From an uncultured virus (IMG/VR IMGVR_UViG_3300035670_013234) (taxonomy: Duplodnaviria > Heunggongvirae > Uroviricota > Caudoviricetes): a DNA stretch of 64,000 nt. This document shows, piece by piece, positions 57,172 through 64,000 of the stretch; the first letter of the stretch is position 1, and each line of letters starts with the position of its first letter. The stretch lies in IMG/VR virus record IMGVR_UViG_3300035670_013234. One strand, written 5' to 3'. A program made the translations under genes and the position numbers. The notes beneath the pieces are model-generated. The model saw nothing but the letters and a program-made list of their open reading frames with translations, was not told the DNA's origin and did not search any database.

Positions 57172-57200
57172 ATTATACTCCAGTTCAATTGAAAAGTAAA
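57172..57200 (-). promoter_or_regulatory. early-type promoter
   Basis: TTTACT-17 nt-TATAAT (T4 early-like -35), followed by a 10 bp hairpin at about 57143-57167. Confidence 0.6.
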
Positions 57201-57204
57201 ATCT

Positions 57205-58377
57205 TTATTCGGCTGGAGTCTCTGAATTCTCCACAACAGCTACAGCTTCAGCTTCAGCATCGATCTTGGTATAAAGATCAAGGAAGCTGGTTTTCACTTC
57301 GCTATCATAACGGTTCAAGCACATCTCAATTGCTTTCTTGCGAGAGCCAAAGATATTGTATGCATTCACGATATGAACAAGGCGGCGAGTCGAGATCACT
57401 TCGTCAACTGCATCGTCGTTGAATGCTTTACGGATTACAGTTGCCCAAGTCACCAGTTTGTTGGCGAACTCTGGCTGATTGATACCGAAGGACTCGAATG
57501 CTTTGTTAACAATCTCGAGCTCGACTTTCTGCTCGGGATACTCTTGTTCCCAGGTAAATGCAAATCGCTCAAGGAATGCCTCGTTGAGGACATTTGCACC
57601 AATGAATCGGCCATCGTCTGAACCTTTACCCTTGGTGTTCGCAGTCGCAATGACAGTGAAACCTTTGGCTGCATGGATGATCTCGCCAGTCTTCTTATCA
57701 AAGAAAGGTTTGCCCTCAAGTACACCATTGAGGCAAAGGATCTCCTCAGTACCATAGTCTACTTCGTCAAGGAGAAGTACTGCACCACGACGCATTGCAG
57801 TGATTACTGGACCTTCGCGGCGAATGGTATTGCCATCGATCAGTTCATATGTGCCAATGAGATCAGACTCGTCGGTACGCTTCGTGATATTGACACGAAC
57901 AAACTCACGCTTGAGGTTGGCGCAGATCTGCTCAACCATCATCGTCTTGCCATTACCTGAAAGGCCAGTGATATAGACTGGGCAAAACTGTTTCGACTTG
58001 ATGATCTTCTTGAGATCATTATAGAAACCGAACGGAACATACCAAGGGTTGGCTTCAGGCACGAAAGATTCAGTAACGTTCAGAGCACGTTTGGTATGCA
58101 TCTGGACTACCTGAGCCACCATTGCAGGAGCAGCTTCGAGTTGAGGAGTAGCATCGACACGTTTTTTCGCGGGAGTTCCGCTGTCAAGAAGGCGATAGAC
58201 GCCATGGCTGACTTTCTCGGTGAATGATTCGCCGAAGATAAAGTTGGGTACATCATATCCCTTGGTTGCAGCAAAGCTCTTTACCTCTTTGGCCCTGAAA
58301 GTCGTACCGAGCTGATCGAGCACGATAGATACGAATTCATTCTTGGTTTGCTTGTTCCACATATTCACTTTCCTCAT
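57205..58377 (-). CDS. cobS: MoxR/CobS-like AAA+ ATPase
   Basis: GLSGNGKT, LLLDEVD, TANTKGKG, LNEAFLERF, ISTRRL. Confidence 0.88.
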   Translation of the reverse strand: MRKVNMWNKQTKNEFVSIVLDQLGTTFRAKEVKSFAATKGYDVPNFIFGESFTEKVSHGVYRLLDSGTPAKKRVDATPQLEAAPAMVAQVVQMHTKRALNVTESFVPEANPWYVPFGFYNDLKKIIKSKQFCPVYITGLSGNGKTMMVEQICANLKREFVRVNITKRTDESDLIGTYELIDGNTIRREGPVITAMRRGAVLLLDEVDYGTEEILCLNGVLEGKPFFDKKTGEIIHAAKGFTVIATANTKGKGSDDGRFIGANVLNEAFLERFAFTWEQEYPEQKVELEIVNKAFESFGINQPEFANKLVTWATVIRKAFNDDAVDEVISTRRLVHIVNAYNIFGSRKKAIEMCLNRYDSEVKTSFLDLYTKIDAEAEAVAVVENSETPAE

Positions 58378-58757
58378 TACTTAGTCAGAATGTAAGGCTT
58401 GTTCCACTGGCCGATGTTGACATCAACATACCAACCCACATCGAAATAGTCAGTCATCGCATCCGAGCGATCGTGATTGCCGTCATTGGCAGCAGCCAGC
58501 AGTTCTGCAAGAAACTTTTTGCAGTTCCCGCTGAAGTGATCCTGGTACCAATATGGATTAACGGAGAGACCGTTGGATGCTGGTTTATTGGTGGTCGAAT
58601 GGTAATTTGTCAAAAAGTCCAGCCTACCCTCTTTGACATTGATAACGAGCGTACTGTGACTGCGTACAGCCAGAGTTGCTTTGATTCCATACTTGCTACA
58701 GATCTTCTTGATCAGCGGAGCCAGTTTGGCTTTTTTTTCTTGCGACATATAGGCCAT
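58377..58757 (-). CDS. conserved hypothetical phage protein
   Basis: SDAMTDYFDVGWY motif. Confidence 0.7.
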   Translation of the reverse strand: MAYMSQEKKAKLAPLIKKICSKYGIKATLAVRSHSTLVINVKEGRLDFLTNYHSTTNKPASNGLSVNPYWYQDHFSGNCKKFLAELLAAANDGNHDRSDAMTDYFDVGWYVDVNIGQWNKPYILTK

Positions 58758-58774
58758 GATATATACTTTCCTAA

Positions 58775-58957
58775 TTAAAGGTTGGTCTTGATGTAGTCTT
58801 TGAGTTCGGTAAGGAACTCGGTGAGTTCTTCTACCCCGTATTTGCTGAGGTCGTCCTCTCTGGGGTAATCGAAACCTAGTAATATTGCTACTGGCGCGTA
58901 GCCGTTGATCTTGCTAATTACGTTCTCTTTTTCCACTTTCTTACTCCAGTTAATCAC
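58775..58957 (-). CDS. hypothetical protein
   Basis: 60 aa directly downstream of a promoter. Confidence 0.55.
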   Translation of the reverse strand: MINWSKKVEKENVISKINGYAPVAILLGFDYPREDDLSKYGVEELTEFLTELKDYIKTNL

Positions 58958-58969
58958 TCTACAATTACC

Positions 58970-59028
58970 ATTATACGCTTGTAGAAAGAAAAAACTAGCA
59001 TAAAAACGCTTTATAAATCAATAACTTA
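58970..59028 (-). promoter_or_regulatory. promoter with IHF-like box (copy 5)
   Basis: TATAAT at 58975-58970; AAATCAATAACTTA at 59015-59028; 39 nt gap. Confidence 0.75.
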
Positions 59029-61248
59029 GCAAACATAGTCCATCAGGGCAGTGGTGAAGATGCGGTCGCTCTTCTTTTTGGCCTGGTTTTTGCCGAATTC
59101 TTTGGCTAGGCTATTGACCACCTTCTTGTTAAGCTCATTGACATCAGTCGTAAGAACAGATTCCTGAGTCATATCATCGTTGATTGCAACGTTGAAGTAT
59201 GCATCGAACCCTTCTTCCTGAGTAGTGAAGAATCCATTATTCTTAAGGCTCAGTTTCTGCTGTTGTTTCTCATCTTCTGTAAGATCACGCAGCCGATTGC
59301 GGATAGCATACCCATAACCAATGTAGAAACCAATGTTATTGGAGCCAGTGATCTTGCGAATAAACTTTAACAGATCCGTACGAAGGTTATCTCCACGAGT
59401 AAAGTTCATGACTGAACGAGACTTGCGATCTGTGATTCGAAGAATTTCTTTAATGTAGCTATCATACTTAGTATAAGTGATTCGTTCGCCAAAACCCTTT
59501 TCGTTTTTCAAGAAGAAGGAGTCCGTCTCCTCACCATCAGTCAGATAGATGGCATTGACAACATCAAGACGATACTTGTTTTTGAACTGCTCAATGATTT
59601 CTCGCGAAACAGCAATTGTAGCAATAAGTGGAGTTGAGTTCAGTTCGAATGCATAGTAGATCGGATTATTAGATCTGCTATGCGGATAGGCAATATTAAG
59701 CAACATTTTGACAGCTTGGCTATAGACAGAATTGCTGAAGGAAGAGCTCAGAATATGTTTGAGATGGAAGTTGTTGGCAGCATTTGGCCACTCGCTATTG
59801 CCAACATACAAATTATCACCAGATACAAACTTATCACCTTTCCTGGTGTGATGCCCACCATCATTAAATCCATAGATGTCGAAGGGCAAATTGACACGCT
59901 TGCAAAAAGTAGAAAGGATTAGCAGCTGCTCAACTGTTTGGGGAAGTATACGATTCATCGAACCAGAGAGATCGACGAACATGACAATGCCATGCGATTT
60001 ACCCTTCGGCACAACAGTCATCTTGGCAAAGATATCGTTGGTGAACCGATAGCTGTGCAGTTTACCCATATCCAACTCACCAGTCTTGGCAGTCAGCTGG
60101 CGGGCATACTGCGACGCATTACGCTTCATCAGAAACTGTTTAACAAGGAGTTGGATATATTTGTCGTTATTACGGGAAAACCGCTGAGCATTTTGTTTAT
60201 TACGCAACGCAACATCAAATGTTCTTTGTTCATAGAAAGGTTTGAATCGCTCAAGAATTTTATCGATCGGCTCAATGATGTTTGAGAGAATGGGTTCGGG
60301 GAAATTGCAATTGTGAATTTGAAGTCCATCGACCACTAGTTCTTTCTCGCGAGCTCGGAAGATTGCGTCAGTGATGGAGTCATCTTCCGAAACTGTATCT
60401 CCCAGCTCATCGAGCATTTTATCTGATGCAGTTGACTCTTCTTCTTCGTCTTCGTCACTCGAATCAAAAGACTGAGCACCGTCTTGTTGATCGTCATCGT
60501 AATCATTGGAGTCGAAGTCATCATCCTGATCTTGTTCTTCACCCTCTTCGCCTGAATCGCCGAATTGGTAATCGAGCTCTTCGTCGAGCCCATCTTCCTG
60601 TTGTTCTTGGTTTTGTTTTTTGATCTCGTTACGAAGATCTTCGATTGAATCAATCTGATCGGTTTCAGTTTTGTTCTTACCCATGATGCTGCTGACTCGG
60701 CGAGCAATATCAACAACTTCATCAAAGGTTTCAACTTCGTCCAGCGCCTTTACTATCTCCATTTCCTCTTCGGAGAAGGGGATGTGGTTCAGTGCACCAA
60801 ACTTGAAATGAACATTGAGTCGATCAGCCAGATTCAGTTTGCTGAAGTCTTTGAGATCTTTGATACCAAAGAAGTCGCGATTGTGCAGCTCTTTGTATGC
60901 ACGAAACATTGGGCGCGAAAGGCCAGGATACTTGCGTTTCATCAGCTTCTCAATGCGCGCATCCTCGCAGACGTTGAGTACTGACTTGTTGACGTCAGAA
61001 ATGTTCGAGGATCCACCATCGATGGCGCTGTGCCAACCTTCGGATGGAGTAAAGAGGGAATGGCCAACCTCATGACCCATGAGTAGATCATAAAGATCGC
61101 CGTCGATCACTTCCCAGATCGGGCAGTAGAGAGTGCGCGTCTTGAGGTCAAACGCAGCAGTTGGTATCTTCTGGTGGACGATATTGATATTCTCGCCCGC
61201 CAGAAGTTTAGCGAGTGCGGACTTATTGGCTCTGAGGTCTTGGTTCAT
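59026..61248 (-). CDS. CobT-like metallopeptidase-VWA protein
   Basis: HEVGH, EDARIE, acidic linker, DLSGSM MIDAS, STPL, LTDGE. Confidence 0.85.
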   Translation of the reverse strand: MNQDLRANKSALAKLLAGENINIVHQKIPTAAFDLKTRTLYCPIWEVIDGDLYDLLMGHEVGHSLFTPSEGWHSAIDGGSSNISDVNKSVLNVCEDARIEKLMKRKYPGLSRPMFRAYKELHNRDFFGIKDLKDFSKLNLADRLNVHFKFGALNHIPFSEEEMEIVKALDEVETFDEVVDIARRVSSIMGKNKTETDQIDSIEDLRNEIKKQNQEQQEDGLDEELDYQFGDSGEEGEEQDQDDDFDSNDYDDDQQDGAQSFDSSDEDEEEESTASDKMLDELGDTVSEDDSITDAIFRAREKELVVDGLQIHNCNFPEPILSNIIEPIDKILERFKPFYEQRTFDVALRNKQNAQRFSRNNDKYIQLLVKQFLMKRNASQYARQLTAKTGELDMGKLHSYRFTNDIFAKMTVVPKGKSHGIVMFVDLSGSMNRILPQTVEQLLILSTFCKRVNLPFDIYGFNDGGHHTRKGDKFVSGDNLYVGNSEWPNAANNFHLKHILSSSFSNSVYSQAVKMLLNIAYPHSRSNNPIYYAFELNSTPLIATIAVSREIIEQFKNKYRLDVVNAIYLTDGEETDSFFLKNEKGFGERITYTKYDSYIKEILRITDRKSRSVMNFTRGDNLRTDLLKFIRKITGSNNIGFYIGYGYAIRNRLRDLTEDEKQQQKLSLKNNGFFTTQEEGFDAYFNVAINDDMTQESVLTTDVNELNKKVVNSLAKEFGKNQAKKKSDRIFTTALMDYVC

Positions 61249-61274
61249 ATACAAACTCCTATCTGATAGGGTCC

Positions 61275-61334
61275 ATTATATATGACTGATCCCTCTAAAA
61301 TAGCAACAAAAACTCTTTATAAATCAGTAACTTA
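61275..61334 (-). promoter_or_regulatory. promoter with IHF-like box (copy 6)
   Basis: TATAAT at 61280-61275; AAATCAGTAACTTA at 61321-61334; 40 nt gap. Confidence 0.75.
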
Positions 61335-61883
61335 CGCGGCAGCTAGTTTTTTCATCTTTTTCAGGTTGGTTTTGATCTTCCGTTTTGCTTCCATCAGCTT
61401 CACTTTGGGTACTCGATCGGTGTATACAACACCATCAAGATGATCCATTTCGTGAAGGACGCAGGTAGCTGTGAGGCCATTGAACTCCTGTTGCTTCCTT
61501 TCGCCTCCAACAATATCATATTGGAGAACAACTGAGTCTGGTCGGCCAACTGTAACGTACAATCCAGGATATGATAAGCAACCTTCTTGGAATTTAGTTT
61601 TGGTTTCTGATACTCTGACAATAACTGGATTGACTAGGCACCAGATCTGTTTGCCAACATTAAGCGCAAACATGCGATATGGAAGGCCAACTTGATTGGC
61701 TGACAGACCAAGCCCGTTTAGTTTGTTAAGAGTTTCCATCAACGACAAAGCAGCATAGGCAACATTTTTATCTGTGACATCAACCCAGTGAGTAGGCTGT
61801 CGAAGAATAGGATCATAGAAATCTACTAGTTTCAGAATTTCATATTCAAACATCTGGCCATTAACAAACTTTAGCTTCTTCAT
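61332..61883 (-). CDS. def: peptide deformylase
   Basis: GLGLSANQVG, EGCLS, HEMDHLDG. Confidence 0.95.
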   Translation of the reverse strand: MKKLKFVNGQMFEYEILKLVDFYDPILRQPTHWVDVTDKNVAYAALSLMETLNKLNGLGLSANQVGLPYRMFALNVGKQIWCLVNPVIVRVSETKTKFQEGCLSYPGLYVTVGRPDSVVLQYDIVGGERKQQEFNGLTATCVLHEMDHLDGVVYTDRVPKVKLMEAKRKIKTNLKKMKKLAAA

Positions 61884-63598
61884 GCTGCTAGCCTCTTATG
61901 TGAGAAGTTGCCTTTCTTTTCAAATCGAATCACGTGTTCAAACTTATCTTGAAGTGAATCGCCTTTGTGGGAAATTATGAAAATATTTATATTGTCGAGG
62001 CTACTCAGCACTTGCATCAAACACTCAACACCAAACGAATCCAGACTGGAATCAAACACTTCATCAAGAATGAGTAAGTTTGTATTGGCACTGTTTTTCA
62101 TTCGAGCAACATTGCGCCATGTAAACAGCAGAGCAAGATTGATTCTGGTCTTTTCGCCCTCTGAGAAGTTTTCATAACTAAAGTCATCGCGATTACGGGA
62201 CTTAATAGTTTCCTTGAACTCTTCGTCCATATGGAAGTTGACAAAGAAGTCCATTGCAGCCAGATACTTGTTGACCAACTTATTAATAATCGGCAGATAC
62301 TGTTTAATAATTTTAGCCTTGATGCCGCCATCTTTGAGCAACTGCGCCGCAGCATCATAATATTGTTTTTCTTCAACTGCTTTCTTGCGCTCTTCAACTA
62401 TAGTAGTCAACTCGTCAAGCAATTTCTTTGACTGTTCTTTGGATTGTACGTTGGTATTCTTTTTACTTTCAAGTTCTTCGATCTCTTGTTGCAGAGTTAT
62501 ATTGTACTTCTGCATATGTCGAATCAATGTTTGGTTGCTGTTTATTTGTTTTTGCAACTCAATAATACCATCATTGATTTTTTTAATTTGTTCTAGGTTT
62601 TCTATTACCTGCCTTTGCTCTTCCCTGAGCGTAGTCAGTCCTTCTACGAGATTCTGCATCTTATCCTGACATTCACCAATTATCTGTTTCTTGAACTCAG
62701 GCTCAATTTCCTGCTTACAAGAAGGGCACTGATCGTTGTCATTATAGAACTCAATTTCTTTCTCAGCCTTCGATATGTTGTTTTCAATCTTAGCCTGATA
62801 AGAAGTCAACAGCTTTTGTTTCTTGAGCATTGACTCTTGATGCTGAATCTCAGACTCCAGCTCTGTTATCTTTGTAGCTTCTTCTTCGTTTGTTGCAATC
62901 AACTTTTCTAGTTCTGTTTTGTTTTCTTCAAGTTGTTCTAGTTTCTTGTCGATGATCTCTTGATTGTTTTTCTTGATGCTCTCAATGTGCGCTTTGTGTA
63001 GCTCAATCTTTTCTTTGGTTGACTCAAGTTTGATCTTGAGTTCATTCACTTTGTTCTTGAGGCCATTTACCTTTTCTTTGACCACCTGATTCATGTTAGA
63101 GAAGATCTGAATATCAAGTAGATCTTCAATTACCTGTCGGCGGTCGTTGGCTGACAGTTGCATGAATGGAGTAAATGATGCACTACCAAGTATCACAATC
63201 TGAGTGAATGACTTGTAGTTCATCTTGATGATACTTTTCTCCAGCACTTCCTGATATTCTTTAGCCGAAGAATTCTGATCAAGTAAACTGTCGTCAACAT
63301 AGATCTCAAAGATATTGGGTTTGATGCCTCGGCGGATGATATACTTTCTATCTGCAATATCAAAGTAAAGCTCAACAAGACAATCTTTGCCGTTAACTGA
63401 GTTCACCAGTTGTGGTTTGTTGATATTGCGATAGGGTTTGCCAAACAGAGCAAACGTAATTGCATCTAGAATGGTTGATTTACCTGCGCCGTTTTCACCA
63501 AGGATAAGAACATTGCTTTCCTTGTTGAGTTCGACTTCAGTAAATACGTTACCAGTGGATAGTAGATTCTTCCACTTAATAGTCTTGAATGTAATCAT
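61880..63598 (-). CDS. 46: recombination ATPase gp46 (Rad50/SbcC-like)
   Basis: GENGAGKST, CPSC hook, FSEGEK, LILDEVFDSSLD, ISH. Confidence 0.95.
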   Translation of the reverse strand: MITFKTIKWKNLLSTGNVFTEVELNKESNVLILGENGAGKSTILDAITFALFGKPYRNINKPQLVNSVNGKDCLVELYFDIADRKYIIRRGIKPNIFEIYVDDSLLDQNSSAKEYQEVLEKSIIKMNYKSFTQIVILGSASFTPFMQLSANDRRQVIEDLLDIQIFSNMNQVVKEKVNGLKNKVNELKIKLESTKEKIELHKAHIESIKKNNQEIIDKKLEQLEENKTELEKLIATNEEEATKITELESEIQHQESMLKKQKLLTSYQAKIENNISKAEKEIEFYNDNDQCPSCKQEIEPEFKKQIIGECQDKMQNLVEGLTTLREEQRQVIENLEQIKKINDGIIELQKQINSNQTLIRHMQKYNITLQQEIEELESKKNTNVQSKEQSKKLLDELTTIVEERKKAVEEKQYYDAAAQLLKDGGIKAKIIKQYLPIINKLVNKYLAAMDFFVNFHMDEEFKETIKSRNRDDFSYENFSEGEKTRINLALLFTWRNVARMKNSANTNLLILDEVFDSSLDSFGVECLMQVLSSLDNINIFIISHKGDSLQDKFEHVIRFEKKGNFSHKRLAA

Positions 63599-64000
63599 GC
63601 TTCGACAGTCAAAGCCTCTGCATATATTTCACGTAGTATACTCTTTAATTTGGGTTTATTCAAATCAATTTCAACTCCATCAACATATTTGTCAAGGATA
63701 GTTAGAGTATCATCTGCCTGATCAATCTCAGACTCATCCTCAAGTGCTACTTGTTCGCTGAAGTCTTCGACAATAGAAAGATCGGCAGGAGCAGAACGAA
63801 TCAGATTATCAATGAATGTTTCAAAAACAAACTCATTAGTCTTTTTGGAAACAATAACTTTGATATACTTTGAAGTGTACTGACTGTAGTCGTGGTTCTT
63901 GACTTCATTGTAGAAGAAGTCTTCATCGTTGTAGATGAACTTCTTGAAGATAGTATGCGGATTCTCAAAGAACTCAAGCTCGCGGGTTTCGGTATCAAAA
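63595..64000 (-). CDS. 47: recombination nuclease gp47 (C-terminal part, runs off the window)
   Basis: Frame from 63999 reads FDTETRELEFFENPHTIFKKFIYND...; ATGA overlap with gene 46. Confidence 0.85.
   Translation of the reverse strand, partial: FDTETRELEFFENPHTIFKKFIYNDEDFFYNEVKNHDYSQYTSKYIKVIVSKKTNEFVFETFIDNLIRSAPADLSIVEDFSEQVALEDESEIDQADDTLTILDKYVDGVEIDLNKPKLKSILREIYAEALTVEA

Noticed and set aside
57205..61248. cobS/cobT as a cobalamin-synthesis auxiliary pathway
   Set aside because: No cobN or other cob genes are present; this MoxR AAA+/VWA pair is common in T4-like phages and is more plausibly a chaperone system.
63801..63998. 65 aa minus-strand ORF in the track
   Set aside because: Wrong frame; the gp47 C-terminus is encoded in another frame through 63595.
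1..64000. Numerous plus-strand ORFs in the track (e.g. 46266..46802, 19619..20038, 22810..23208)
   Set aside because: All lie antisense to well-supported minus-strand genes and lack recognisable motifs; shadow ORFs.
1..64000. Stop-codon reassignment
   Set aside because: Core genes translate full-length in the standard code, and TAA, TGA and TAG are all used as stops.

Overview
A 64 kb segment of a large T4-like myophage genome infecting a Gram-negative host, probably an aquatic proteobacterium (inferred from spanins, IHF-like sites and plcP). Essentially all real genes are on the minus strand. It holds the T4-type replication/recombination core (gp47 partial, gp46, gp45, gp44, gp62, regA, gp43, uvsX, gp41, gp61), nucleotide metabolism (class II RNR NrdJ, ThyX, dCMP deaminase, dNMP kinase), CobS/CobT-like AAA+/VWA proteins, peptide deformylase, Hsp20 and three tRNAs. 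It also has a clustered lysis cassette with an embedded Rz1, candidate internal head proteins and two glycosylation islands. Most notable: (1) a phage-borne plcP-agt pair, the bacterial phospholipid-to-glycolipid remodelling module used under phosphate limitation; (2) a TET/JBP dioxygenase + TET-associated glycosyltransferase + second GT cassette, predicting DNA base hypermodification; (3) six promoters with an IHF-consensus box fixed 39-40 nt from the -10, plus a cluster of five such boxes; (4) a ROSE-like thermometer before hsp20; (5) an unassigned four-way-junction RNA. All calls come from reading motifs by eye; no database search was run. Several start codons were shifted from the ORF track using stop/start overlaps and SD sites.
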